From NCBI RefSeq assembly GCF_009914755.1, contig NC_060942.1: a stretch of 64,000 bases of DNA; one strand, 5' to 3'. The DNA is from the human T2T-CHM13v2.0 reference genome, Homo sapiens. The first letter of the stretch is position 1. Every line of letters starts with the position of its first letter. A program made the position numbers and the translations under genes. The notes beneath the pieces were generated by a model that worked only from the letters and a program-made list of their open reading frames with translations, ran no database searches and was not told the origin of the DNA. Positions 1 through 13,977 of this stretch are shown here, one piece after another.

Positions 1-1163
1 CATTGATGTTCTCTGCTTCACAGGACCACACCAAGTGCCCTTTACTAGTACATCTTTTGTTGGCTTCAGCTTCAGCCAAAATTTTGAACAACTTTGAGAG
101 AAAATTAGTGCTAGGAAGCATTTTGGGTGTCTATTACTCTGAGACAAAACAGGAACCATTCTTGTTAGGAAAGAAATGCCTGCAAGTTCTAATAGTGAAA
201 GAGAAAGCTACTTGGCTCATCCCCTCTCCCTCCCCCAGCTCTGTCTCAGATTTTTGGAAATGTCTGAACATCGTTTATCTAGATAGCAGCTGACACAGGC
301 CAATGATTCACTTTGGGTTGGCAAAGTGATTTCTTGGGGATAATAGTCTCTTTAGCCTGTGATTGTAGAATTTTTACCCACTCTTTCCGTAATACCAAAA
401 AAATCAACTTAGAAACAAACATATATGAAAGTTGTCTGTAATAAACTTGTAAGGCAGTTTCTTTTATTTTTCATTTTAGGTGGATAAACTTGACGCTACA
501 GTGATATAACTTCCAGCTAATTGCCATCGTCCTCCTGAATTGTCATAGCTTTGGATTTCCTGTTTTGGGGTTGGACAGTGATTAGTGTGAGAGGAAGATT
601 AAATTTCTGGGCTGTTTTTCCACATTTTCTGAAATTCTTTGACCTTATGATCCCATGAAGGGCTTTCCATCAAAGGAAGACTCCTGGCCTCTCTCATCTC
701 CACCCCATTTCCTCCTTCCTATAAAGAGTTGTCACATCCTCCTGGAGATGGGGCAGGTCTTTCTGGGCACCTCCTCAAGGTCTGCCTGCTCAGAGAGGGG
801 TCTGACTCCACCCAAGCTTCCAGCAGCCTGGGTGGGAGAGGCAGATGGGATGGGAGGAATCTGTGGTTGGCAAGTAGTAGAGTGAACTTAATTCTGAAGA
901 GTTATTTAGAGCTAAGAAGCTTATTGTGTCCACACATCTAAGCTTTGTCCTCCAATCCAGCATTTATTTGTGATAATGCTGATTTTTAAAAATCTCCTTC
1001 TCTCATAGTTAAATTCTTAAAGACAGAAAGTAGGATGGTGGTTGCCAGGGAGTAGGGGCAGGGAGATATAGGAAGTTATTATCAAATGAGTATATAGTTT
1101 CAGATGTGCAGTATGAAAAGAGCTCTGGAGATGAATGGTGGTGATGGTTGCACAACAAAATAA

Positions 1164-1486
<323 letters not shown>

Positions 1487-1509
1487 TGAACTATATAGTT
1501 AAGAATGGT

Positions 1510-1795
1510 GGCCGGGTGCAGTGCCTCACTCTTGTAATCCCAGCACTTTGGGAGTCCAAGGCGGGTGGATCACTTGAGGCCAGGAGTTCGAGACCAGCCT
1601 GGCCAACATGGTGAAACCCTGTCTCTAATAAAAATAGAAAAAGTTAGCTGGGTGTGGTGGTGCATGCCAGTAATTCCAGCTACTTGGGAGGCTGAGGCAG
1701 GAGAATCATTTGAACCCTAGAGGCAAAGGTTGCAGTGAGTGGAGATCATGCCACCACACTCCAGCCTGAATGACAGGCTCTGTCTCAAAAAAAGA
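1510..1795 (+). mobile_element. AluS SINE
   Basis: GGCCGGGTGCAGT...TGTCTCAAAAAAA. TSD AAGAATGGT at 1501-1509 and 1796-1804. Confidence 0.95.
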
Positions 1796-2231
1796 AAGAA
1801 TGGTTAAGATGGTGGTGAATTTTATGGTACATATATTTTACCACAATTAAAAAAATGGAGAAAAAGCTTCTCAGTTTAATTCTTTTCCTGTATTCCCCAA
1901 TGTTGGGCAGTTTCTGTTTGATTATATATTCAACTACTTGTTTCCATGATTTAAAAGAGCCAAAATCTGGGAATGTTATAAAGGAGGATTCATCCCATGC
2001 TCTCTTGTTCCATGAGGGGGCTTCCCCTCAGAATAATTTTTCCAGCCACTCTCCACCTTCTCACTAACTCCTCCCCTTGAGAGGAAGAAACGTGGCTGCC
2101 TGCTAGGGGGGCTCTTGCTTGCTCTCTCAACACCACAGATGAGGTCTGGGGCTGTCCATGTCTGCCAGGAGGGGATGGGTGAGTTTAATTCTGGAGTAAA
2201 TTATTAGGAAGTCAATTAGATTTTACAGTAA

Positions 2232-2550
<319 letters not shown>

Positions 2551-2564
2551 CAATCCAACTTTTA

Positions 2565-2650
2565 CTCATTCGTTCATCCACCAAATATTTATTAAGTACC
2601 TATTATGTTCCAGGCACTGTTCTAAGCACTTGGGACAGAGTAATAAAGCT
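2565..2650 (-). mobile_element. L2 3' end fragment
   Basis: TCATTCGTTCATCCACCAAATATTTATTAAGTACCTATTATGTTCCAGGCACTGTTCTAAGCACT, the typical L2 tail in reverse. Confidence 0.75.
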
Positions 2651-4989
2651 TTTTCTTTTCATCTCCATTTGCCCAGTGTCTGGGTTTTAATTCTTCATTG
2701 GGGAAGACAAAAACTAGGAAAGGAAAGAAAAAAGTATTATGCCTTGACCCCCTCAAGTCTCTACAGTTCATATATTTTTATTCTAATTAGCTCAATATGG
2801 AATACATATCAAATTATCAGTATATCCCAAATGGGATTCAACGCTACCCCATCACCTTCCTTTTAAATTCTAGAAGATGCCAGAAAGATGAAAATTTAGA
2901 AAGGAAGGCTAAGGAATAGCAACAACAAAAATGTATAAGCTAAAATCAGGACAATCCGATATTGCCATGCTTAGGGGTTAGCACTAACAGAAATCAACAT
3001 AAAATGGGTAAGATTAGCCATCTGCAGAAATCATCCCAGGAAATAAGCCACCCAAGAGATGATTCACAAGCATATTGCTAGCAATTTGAGGGTGCTTTCT
3101 AAGTCTCACCAAGGGGTCTAGTATGCTTCCTTAAAAGGGAAGTCGTCAATTTAAAATGTAACTAGTGGAAGATTAGCAGTAATTTAAGAAATTGCAAACT
3201 GTCATAAGGAAATGACAGAGGTTTGGGATGACAGATAAAGAATATAGAAAATGAATGGTACAGTAGAATTTGTCAGTGTGTACTCACACTCTCTAGCAGA
3301 GGAAATGCTCTGATTCTAAAGACTTTTACGTATCTTAGAAATATTCTTAGGACCAAGAACGGCAAATTCATCTTATTCTATAGTTGGACAGCCCCTAATT
3401 ACAGCCAATCATCTGTCTGCTCTTATTCTATATTCACTGATGAACCACCTCATTTAACCGTTGGCCAAGCACCAGCTCCCATCTGGGTGGCCCAGTGGTC
3501 ACCACTAATAGTCATCCTGTTAGTTACAATCCCCAGGGTACACTAATGAATGGATATGCTCATTTCCAAACCATTCTTAGTGAGCTGGATCAGGGGAATT
3601 GCTCCTCCAGAGCCTGCTTTTCTTAAATCCCTAATAAAATTAATGTGCATTCCATAGTGTTGTATTGCTCAGCATGCTGCTGTCACCCAGGTTCAGTAGT
3701 GCACCTAGTTTGTCACTCTCTCATTCTTGTTTTATCCCTCAATGTCATTCATTTCCCATTCGCTCAGGCTCAAAATCTTGAAAACGTTCTTCAAATTCTC
3801 TATCTCTATCTTACTTTTAATATTCCATTCAAGTCCAATGGATTTTTCCTTCTTATTTTTTTGTCTCCCTAGTCTAGGCCCTGAGGACATCATTATTATG
3901 TGGCAAAAAAGTATTTCAAAATACCCACGCCTGCTCCTATGCTCACCTAAATCATTCATTTTTTTCCTAAGACCCTTCCCCCAATTAGAGAGGGAGGCCA
4001 GAGACACCCATGGTCCCCACAGAAGCCACGAAAGGCAGCAAAGGCAACCGATGCCTGATCCTTAAATTCAAAAGTCTCTGGTCTTGGGGTAATACTGAAA
4101 GATTTGGATCCACAGGAAAGACTCTCTTAGCTAGACTAGAAAAAGAAGAATCTCTAAGCTGGAAAAGAGGAAAATGAGGGGAGGGTTTGGCAAGGAAAAA
4201 GAGAGAGAGTTAAATGTATGTGTGGGGAGCATGTGCCCTGCCTTCTGCTTCCTCAGGATGAGCCCTGAGAGGGGACAGAATAGATCCCCTTAGTTAACTT
4301 TAGAGACCCATGGAAAGAAAGTTCTTCTGATACAGTGGGACTGGAAGACAGCAGACAGTGAAATGTGCAGAGAAACCTGCACCGGCCGCCCTGCAGTCAT
4401 GGAGAAGCAGCTGCGGGAAAAAATGGCAGTGTGGCTCCCACTTGCGTGTCTGCTGGAGACAATTTGCCTAGTGCCCATGGGCTGGAGTGGTGTTGACGGA
4501 GTGGAAAAGTTCCCGTGGCCCTCCGAGAGGGAACCCAGGTTATTTAAGACAAGGACCTACAAAGTGTCTCCCAGCCATCGTGAGGGAACCTCTCCTAAGG
4601 AGGAGTCTGTGTAGGCCGCCTTTGCTCCCATGACCTCCAGCCTGGGTCTGAGGGGCCTCTCATGTGTCCTACACAAAGGACAAACAAGATGGGGACTCTG
4701 GAAACAGCCTCCACCATAGCGTTAGGGCTGAAACAAATGTCTCTCACTCCTACCTTCCTACCCTGTCCACACCCTCTTGAATTGATGGAGTTCAAAACCC
4801 TGAGAAAATGCAGAATTGGACTCATTTTACCTGGAAGTGACTAGACTAAATTTTCTGCAGCAATTCGAATGGAAACAGTGCTGGAGAAATGAATTATAGG
4901 ACAGTTATGGGTTTTATTTATGCTATTGTTGCATACTTGAGTAGGGCCTTTAAAATTTGTACCTGCTATCCTCATATTACCAAAATATC

Positions 4990-5160
4990 TTTTTAATAAG
5001 CTCCCTGCATCCATTTTACATATTGCTGCCAAATTAATTTCCCTAAATGCCCACTTTAACAATGCATTCCGATGGCCCCCTGTTGTTTTCAGGATGAAGT
5101 CCAAACTCTTCATCCCTGAGGCATTGGGAAAGGTCCTACACCATCTGCTCCTCAACTCCT
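4990..5160 (+). mobile_element. L2 fragment (a probable upstream part lies at ~3700-3870)
   Basis: CATCCATTTTACATATTGCTGCCAAATTAATTTCCCTAAA...CAGGATGAAGTCCAAACTCTT resembles the L2 3' region. Confidence 0.55.
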
Positions 5161-7001
5161 TTTTAACATTTTACCTTCTGCCATTTTCAATAGGAACCCT
5201 CTTTTTCCATAAAGCCAGCCTCTGACTTCCAGCCTCTCTGCCTTTGTTCATCATCTCTAATCGTCTTCACCATGTCTAAAATGTTCTCTCTGCTTCTTTC
5301 TTTTATATAAATCTAAACTTACCTCAGTCATTCAACAACTGGTTTTCTCAAAGTCCATCCTTGCAGTTTCCTGAACACACCTATCCAGTTTCATGTTTCT
5401 GTGTCATAAGAAAAGTAGCAATGAATGGCTACGGGAAATGAGAGAAAGAACAGATTACCTAAGGATGGGCAGCCAGGGAAGCCTTCCTAGAAAGTGTGTG
5501 CATGTGCTGGGCCATAGAAGTGGAAAAGATTTAAACATACAGAGACAGAAAAGATGAGAGAAGAGGCGTTTACAGGGAAGAAATACAGTTATCAGCAAGA
5601 AAACCACCCATGTGTTTGGGGATTATTGAATGGTTGAATTAAGGACAAACTGAGTTCCCCATTTTATTAACTCCTGAAATAGTTATTACCTATACCACTA
5701 ACTCTTATTTGTAGTTGATATTTATATCCATACCATATCATCTCACCATATATACGATTTTACATAAATTATCTAACAACCTGAGTAGTAAAACAGTTCA
5801 TGGAAAATGAACTGTAGAAAAATGTTACATGGATGTGGGTGGTGTGTCTTAAAGATCACAGATAATTTCTAACTGAGTAGCATTACCTTTATTAATAATA
5901 ACACATGAAAAGTTAAGGAAACTTCAGTTCTGGATCTGAGCACTGACTTCTCTGTGAAGCTAAGTGCCATTTATCTCTCAATTAGAGCTTTTAGGAGAAG
6001 AAATATCTAAGATGACAGATGGCAAGATTTAACAATAATAATTAGAAAATCTGGATATAGTAAATGCAACTGGAGAGAAGGCGGTAGACATGGAAGAGAG
6101 AACAAGATGATCCAACATAAGGATAACAGGCATTCCTGATACAGAGAACTAAAAACAAGACAAAAAGGTGGTCAAACATATGATTTTTAAAAATACAGGA
6201 CTGTCTCCTCCATGTTTCAGTTGTCTCTGATCCTTAATGTCACCGCTAAAGGACTAGTTCTTCTTGGCAGGACGTTGCGGCTCTAACACTGCAAGTTGGA
6301 AAACTGAATTTATTTTGCCATAGAAAATACGTGTTTAAATATAGTTAAATTCCTTTATTATCAGTTCAAGTAAATTTTGAGTTAAATGGGCTTTTGTGGG
6401 CTGGTTTATTTACAGAGTCAATGTTTTTAGTATGGCCTGTATGTGAAAACATGTTCTAAGTGAGAAACTTCTAACTTGGAAATAAACCTTCTGGAACATA
6501 AACCAGTTTTTAATTTGGGACATATCTGCATTTCTTTTGTAATAGCTTCAGAACCTAGCAGAAAACTACACTCAGAGCAGGAGTTTAGTAAATATCTATT
6601 GGGAAAAAATTTAATGTATGCAGGTGATTATTTCTGAATTCACCGGTTAAGAACAGTAATAGTTCGTGTGCCGGATGTGAAGTGTTCACATTCTTCAAAT
6701 GATAATCATGGGAAATCAAAGCACAAAACAGTCACTGAACACTATAATAAATATTCTCACAGCAGGAGAGATGGTGGCTACCTCATGTTATCGTCTCCTT
6801 CAGAAGCTGTAGATGGAACAAAACTGACATGAATCAGCAAAGTGAAACAATATATTCTAAGGACCTTCAGGATTAACTGTACTTATGATTCCACTGGGTC
6901 TTTTGGGAAGGAATATAATAATTTCCACTCTGAAATCACCTTTAATTCATTTGTTCATGCATTTACTTAATTTATAATTTATCATTTATTTATTCAGTAA
7001 A

Positions 7002-7509
7002 TGTAAGAATTTCCTACCACTGTGGCAACTGATACTACAAATTTAGAAGCCTAAACAACACAAATGTATTGACTCAGTTATATAGGTCAGAAGTACAGGT
7101 GGAAATCAAGGTATCAGCTGGCTGGTCTCTTATCTGGAGGCTCTGGAAAGAATCCACTTGGAAGCCATTCAAGCTGTTGGCAAAATCCAGTTCCTTACGG
7201 TTGTAGGACTGAAATCCTCATATCCTTTCTGGCTGCCAGCTGGGGGCTTCCCTGAGTTCCTAGGTGTCTCTCTGGTCCTTGCATGTGGGCGTCTACATAC
7301 AAGAGCCAACAACAGGGCATTAACCATTCTCACTCTCAGACCTCTCTGATCTCCCCTCATCTGGATAATTCAGAATAGGGCCCACCCTCTTTTAAGGTCT
7401 CTAGCCTTAATTTTATCCACAAAATGTCTTTTGCCATTTAATATAGCATCCTCACAGGATCCAGAAATCTGAGTGTGAACTTCTTTGGGGGGCCATTCTG
7501 CACACCACA
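7002..7509 (-). mobile_element. MLT1-family (MaLR) solo LTR, MLT1D/E-like
   Basis: AAACAACACAAATGTATT...GGTCAGAAGT...CTGGAGGCTCTGGAAAGAATCCACTT...GTTGGCAAAATCCAGTTCCTT...GTAGGACTGA, ending GGGGGGCCATTCTGCACACCACA. Confidence 0.75.
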
Positions 7510-9089
7510 GTCAACAATTATTGTTATTACAGACTTAAAAAAATTCTGTACTCAATGAATAGCAGAAAAAAAAAGCGGGTCATTAACCTGTTGAAGCTCT
7601 GCCAAGAAGTGATCTCTTAGTCACATGTTTCATGAATAATCTTATTTTTTAGCTTTAAAAGAATCATTTCAACCCTTAGCTATATGAGCGGTTCTCCAGT
7701 GATTACAAATTATCAAAACATATTTTTTATTTTGGAGTCATGAACAGCATATGGACATTGTGTGCAAATATATAGCAAGCTATGCCCTGTGTAACTAATT
7801 TGTTGCCAAATCTATGGTGTGGGGATGTAAGAATTCTTATCCACTGTTGCTGAGAAGTAATTTGTTACATTTCTGGAGGGTGATTTGGCAAAATATAGAA
7901 AAGACTAAAAACATGCATATTCTTTGACACATAAATTGCCCTTCTAGGAATTTCTGTTAATAATGGATATGGATAAACCTTTCATTACAAAGATATTCAA
8001 GACCACATAATATATGTTCATAAAGGATTAATGTAATCTAAATATACAAGAGAATGGTTAAATAAATTATACTTCTTTCATACAATAAAATGATTATGAT
8101 AATACTCCTAGAGTGGTTTAGAGATCTGACATCATAAGGGACCTGTGTCCCCAAGTCAGAACCAAAGCTGGAAGAACGGAAAGGTCTCAGATTTTCTCCA
8201 TGCCCAATAAATGCAGAAGCAGAAGAGACATCTGGATGGGGAATCCAGGCCACATTCCTGATGGTCCAGCAGCAGTAGAGAGCACGATTTCCCCATCCCC
8301 GAGAATAGCACAGTTGTGGTGAAAGAATGTAGACTCTAAGAGTTTTCCATAACTCCAGAGCAACACGATCAGCCTGTCCAAGGTTCCTGAGAGATAATCA
8401 GACCTGGAGAGACCATGTGGTCAGGATTCCTGCATAGATCAGAAGCTGAGAAGCAGGCAGGTAGGAATGTAAATCCATGCAAGCTCCTTGGAAGTTTTAG
8501 ATGCAAGCCTAGGCCTGGGGGGAAACCATGAATTGGCTGAGATTTGTTTTTGCTACCCGTAGACTAAGAGTTAGAATAAAAATTAAGCTGAATGCTGGAA
8601 AATAAAATTATATCTGATATTTCTACATACAACATATAAGTAGGGAGAGAAGTAGATACTTTATAATAATAATAATGGCTATCTCTCTAGATGTTATTAT
8701 GAGTGATCTTAATTTTATTATCTGAGATTTCCTATATTTTCACACGTTAAAATAATGAAGTAGGTATGAGTCTCAAATGTAGGAGGAATATTGTAATTCT
8801 TTATTTTCTGTTACTCAGCCTAACATAGCCTCTAAGCACCAGCCCTGTCCAGCAGGTAATTCTACCTAAATTACTGTGTCAAGGTGTGTAAGTGTGTGTG
8901 GATAAGAGGAGGATCCCTCTTGTCAGTAATTATCTGTTCATACTGGTTCCCACTGGGTCATCTATTGTCAGCCACCCCATGGTTCCTTTGGCATACAGTT
9001 CTTCATTAGTATTTCCTTAAAATCCTTTTTTATTTCTATAAGAAGAGTAGTGATGCCCCCTATTTCACTACTGGTTTTAGCACTTTGAG

Positions 9090-9175
9090 TCTTCTCTCTC
9101 TGTCGCTCCCTGTTTCTCTCTGTCTCTGTCTCTCTCTCTGTCTCTCTCTCTCTGTCTCTCTCTCTCTTTCTCTCA
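9090..9175. repeat. (TC)n/(TCTG) microsatellite
   Basis: Directly visible dinucleotide run. Confidence 0.9.
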
Positions 9176-9559
9176 GTCTGCCTTTTAAAAATCCTGGTCA
9201 GTCTAGCTAAAGATTTGCCAATTTTGTTGATCTTTTCAAAGAGCCAGCTTTTGGTTTTGTTGATGTCTCTATTGTTTTTCTATTCCCTATTTCATTCATT
9301 TGTGCTTTAATCTTTATTATTTTCTTCTACTTGCATTGGGTTTAGTTTTCTCTTTTCCTGTTTTCTTAAGGTGAATGTTAAAGTTATTGACTAGAGATCT
9401 TTCTTTTGTTTTAAATATACGTGTTTATAGCTATAAATTTCCCTTTATGCATTGCACTGTCTTAACTGCATGCCATAAGTTTTGGATGTTGTGGTTTAAT
9501 TTTCATTCAAATAATTTTTGAATTGAATGAAAAATTTAATTTCTTCCATGTGAAAATTA

Positions 9560-9916
<357 letters not shown>

Positions 9917-10130
9917 TCACACATTTGTGAATTTCTCAGATTTCCTTCTGTTATTGATTTTGGATATAACTCTATTATGATTGGAAAATATTTTATGTAT
10001 GATTTCAATCCTTACATTTATTGAGGCTTCTTTTATGGCCTAACACATAGTCCATCTTGGAGAATCCTATAATTGCACTTGAAAAGAATGTGTACCCCTC
10101 TGTAGTTGGGTGGAATATCCTATCAATGGC

Positions 10131-10445
10131 TTTTTTTCTTTTCTTTTCTTTCTTTTTTTTTTTTTTGAGACAGAATCTCGCTCTGTTGTCCAGTATGGAG
10201 GGCAGTGGCGTGATCTTGGCTCACTGCAACCTCTGCCTCTTGGTTCAAGTGATTCCCCTGCCTCAGCCTCTCAAGTAGCTGGGACTACAGGCATGTGCCA
10301 CCACGCCCGGCTAATTTTTTGTATTTTGGTAGAGATGGGGCTTCACCATGTTGGTCAGAATGGCCTCGATCTCCTGACCTCATGATCTGCCTGCCTGGGC
10401 CTCCCAAAGTGCTGAGATTATAGGCGTGAGCCACCGTGCCTGGCC
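10131..10445 (-). mobile_element. AluS (Sc-like) SINE
   Basis: Poly-T followed by a reverse Alu. TSD-like CCTATCAAT / CCTACCAAT. Confidence 0.9.
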
Positions 10446-10905
10446 CCTACCAATATCTTTTAAGTCTAGTTGGCTTACAATATTGCTCGAGTCTTTGATT
10501 TCCTTTTAATCTTCTGCCAAACTGTTCTATCCATTATCAAAAATGGGATATTGAAGTCTCCAATTATGCCAGATTTTGCTTCTCCTAGAAGCAGAAGGCA
10601 TGGCACCCCACATAGGGCCACGGTGGGAAGCAGAAGGTTGGTCAGGAGACAGAGGAAGTGAGGACAGAACATGGGCAAGAGCATTTATTATTTATTGTTA
10701 TTTCTGTGGGAAGGAACAAGCAAGGCAGGGTAAGCACGTCAAGAATTTTCTAGTTTGAACAATTTCAGGGCTCTGGGGCACAAAGTTTGCCACTAGTTGT
10801 CTTGTACCTGGCCTTGGAGTGATTAGGAAAGGGGAATAGTGAGCCAGAGTATAAGATTCCATAAAGGAGGTGGCTGGGGGTATAGACTCCAGATTGGATG
10901 GTTGG

Positions 10906-11475
10906 TGTATTAGTCACGGTTCTTTAAAGGGACAGAACTAACAGGACAGATGTATATATGAAGGGAAGTTTATTAGGAGAATTGACTCACATGATCATGA
11001 GATGAACTCCCACAGTAGGCCCTCTGCAAGACAAGGAGCCAGGAAGCCAGTTCAAGTCCCAAAACCTCAAAAGTAGGGAAGCTCATAGTGCAGCCTTCAG
11101 TCTGTGGCCAAAGGCCTGAGAGGCCCTGGTAAATCACTGGTGTAAGTCTCAGAGTCCAAAAGCTGAAGAACTTGGAGTCTTCAGCTTTTGCTCGAGGGTA
11201 CAATGTTCGAGGGTATGATGCATCCAACACAGGAGAAAGATGGAGGCCAGAAGACTTAGCTAATCTAGTCCTTCCACATTCCTCTGCCTGCTTTTATCCT
11301 AGCCATGCTGGCAGCTGATTAGATGGTGCCCGCCTAGATTATGGGTGGATCTGCCTTTCCTAGTCCACTAGCTCAAATGTTAATCTCCTTTGGCAACAGC
11401 CTGGCAGACACACCCAGGAACAATACTTTGCATTCTTCAATCCAGTCAAGTTGACACTTACTATTAACCATCACA
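10906..11475 (-). mobile_element. MLT2A2-like LTR (3' LTR of HERV-L)
   Basis: TGTATTAGTCACGGTTCTTTAAAGGGACAGAACTAA ... TTAACCATCACA. Followed by the reverse PPT AGTCCAACCCTTGTC. Confidence 0.9.
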
Positions 11476-12566
11476 AGTCCAACCCTTGTCAACTTGAACC
11501 CATACATATTTTCTGAAATCATACATAATCTTCAAATAAAGGCAATAATAAGGTCATAATTATGCCTAACATAATACAGCTATCCTTTGCACAACTGGAA
11601 ATGCACCAATCCCCAACCCAAATGCTATTACATAAAGTTAACAATACTTAAATGCTGATATGAAGTCAATAAATATCTACGTCACATGATAAAGGAAAAA
11701 GAAAGGAAATAAAATGAAGATGTTTTCTTAGTACAAGTGTATACATGCACAAACATGTTCTTAAAATAAGGAGGAAACAGTCATGACAATTACAGTCCTT
11801 GTTTCTGCAACTGGTCATATGGTCATAGCTGGTATTGATGACCACCTTCTTCTACTACCCATTCTGTATCCCCTTTGCCTTCAGCAAGCACCTTGGCAGA
11901 TCATGGTTTTTTACCTGGTGAAGTGACCCAAACCTTCATTCCTGAAGGGTCTGGGCCAATTGTAGTCTGCCTGGATTGAGCTGTTGTACCTTCCCATTGA
12001 CCTTAATCACAGGGCATGGTAATACTAAGAAGTGCTCTTAGGGTGTCCTATATTCCACGCCTATTCTTCCTTACTTCCAGAGTGGAGTAGTAGACTGATT
12101 TCATCTTGATAGTCTGGGTCAATCACCCCAGCCAACACTGTAACTCCCTTTTTAGCCCACTGACTTAGAGATAGGAGGAACTCAAAGTGGCTAGGTGGCA
12201 ATCTTAACTGCCAGTTTAATGGAATCATTGTTATGTCTCCTGGTGGCAGCATCCCTCCCTCTGAAACTAAGACCTCTAGGCCAGCAGAATGTAATGTCAC
12301 AGGAACGGGAAGCAAAAATTTTGCTAGTGGGTCACTAGGGGTGATGGTAAGTGGTGCCACTTCCACTTCCACCCCTTGATTCCCGGACCCATGAATCCTG
12401 GCTATGGGAGAAACAGTACCACATATGGGACACTGATACACAGCATACACAGCCTTCTGGAGAAATTTGCTCCCGGCCCTGTAAAGTACTGTCACCTAGT
12501 TGGTGGTGTAACTGTGACCCATTCCACCATTTTGTCAACCCAGCTGCTTCAGGATGATAGGGAACA
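11476..12566 (-). mobile_element. HERV-L internal 3' fragment (integrase C-terminal part and dUTPase region)
   Basis: The minus frame gives VPYHPEAAGLTKWWNG (integrase region around the DDE glutamate), followed by a dUTPase-like ORF. Confidence 0.9.
12061..12495 (-). pseudogene. Degenerate HERV-L integrase-end/dUTPase reading frame
   Basis: SPIARIHGSGNQGVE...GGMLPPGD..IPLNWQLRLPPSHF...GVTVLAGVIDPDYQDEISLLLH contains dUTPase motif III (GVIDxDY). It has an early stop and no promoter LTR. Confidence 0.8.
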
Positions 12567-12656
12567 GTTGGCATATGAAAGATATGCCTGCAGGTGAGTC
12601 ATTTACTATCTTTAGGAATTGGCTAGCCCTGGGAGAGTCAGTCCCTGCAGGGTCAG

Positions 12657-13332
12657 TTTATTAGTCTGTTTTCACACTGCTATAAAGAACTTCCCTGAGA
12701 CTGGGTAATTATAAAGGAAGGGGTTTAATTGACTTACTGTTCTGCATGGCTTGAGAGGCCTCAGGAAACTTACAATAATGGTGGAAGGGGAAGCAGGCAC
12801 CTTCTTCACAAGGCAGCAGGAGAGAGAAGAATGAAGGAGGAACTTCTAAACACTTATAAAACCATCAGATCAGCCAGGTGTGGTGGCTCACACCTGTAAT
12901 GCCAGCACTTTGGGAGGCCAAGGCGGTTGGATCACCTGAGGTCAGGAGTTTGAGACCAGCCTAGTCAACATGGTGAAACCCCATCTCTACTAAAAATACA
13001 AAAAATTAGCCAGGCGTGGTGGTGGACGCCTGTAATCCCAGCTACTCAGGAGGCTGAGGCAGGAGAATTGCTTGAACCTGGGAGGCGGGGGTTGCAGTCA
13101 GCAGAGATTACACCATTGCACTCCAGCCTGAGCAACAAAAGTGAAATTCTGTCTCAAAAAAACAAAAAAACAAAAAACAAAAAACAACCCATCAGATCTC
13201 ATGAGAACTCACTCATTATTATGAGAACAGCATAAAGGAAACCGCCCCCATGATCCAATCACCTCCCTCCCTCGACATGTGGGAATTACACGTGAGATGA
13301 GATTTGGGTGGGGACACAGAGCCAACACATCA
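12657..13332 (-). mobile_element. THE1D/MSTA-like MaLR LTR, interrupted by an Alu
   Basis: T(T)TATTAGTCTGTTTTCACACTGCTATAAAGAAC...GAGGCCTCAGGAAACTTACAAT...GATTTGGGTGGGGACACAGAGCCAACACATCA. Confidence 0.9.
12872..13184 (+). mobile_element. AluS (Sq/Sp-like) inserted in the THE1 LTR
   Basis: Full Alu. TSD core CCATCAGATC at 12862-12871 and 13189-13198. Confidence 0.95.
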
Positions 13333-13977
13333 TTCTGTCCCTGGCCCCTCCCAAATCTCAAGTCTTTTCACATTTCAAAACTTATCATGCCTTCCCAACA
13401 GTCCCCCAAAGTCTTAACTCATTTTAGCATTAACCCAAAGTCCACAGTCCAAAGTCTCATTTGAGACAAGGCAGTTTCCTTTTGCCTATGAGCCTGTAAA
13501 ATCAAAAGAAAGTTATTTACTTCCAAGACGCCATGGAGTACAGGCATTGGATAAATGCTTTCATTCCAAATGGGAGAAATTGGCCAAAACAAAGGGAATG
13601 CAGGCCCTATGCAAGTCTGAAACCCAGCTGTCATTAAATCTTAAAGCTGCAAAATGATCTCCTTTGACTCCATGTCTCACATCTGGGGCATGCTGAAGCA
13701 AGGGGTGGCTCCCACAGCCTTGGGCAGCTCCTTCATGCGTTGGCATTGAGTGCCTGCCGCTTTTTCAGGCACATGGTGCAAGCTGTTGAGGGATCTACAA
13801 TTCTGGGGTCTGGAGGATGGTAGCCCTCTCCTCACAGCTCCACTAGGCAGTGGCCCAGTGGGGACTCCGTGTGGGGGCTCCAACCCTACATTTCCCTTCT
13901 GCACTGACCTGGCACAGGTTCTCCATAAGGACTCCACCTGTGCAGCACACTTCTGCCTGGAAATCCAGATGTTCCCA
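13333..13977 (-). mobile_element. THE1/MST internal fragment (3' ~650 bp)
   Basis: TTCTGTCCCTGGCCCCTCCCAAATCTCA...CCAAAGTCCACAGTCCAAAGTCTCAT...CTGGGGTCTGGAGGATGGTAGCCCTCT are MaLR-int motifs. Confidence 0.9.
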
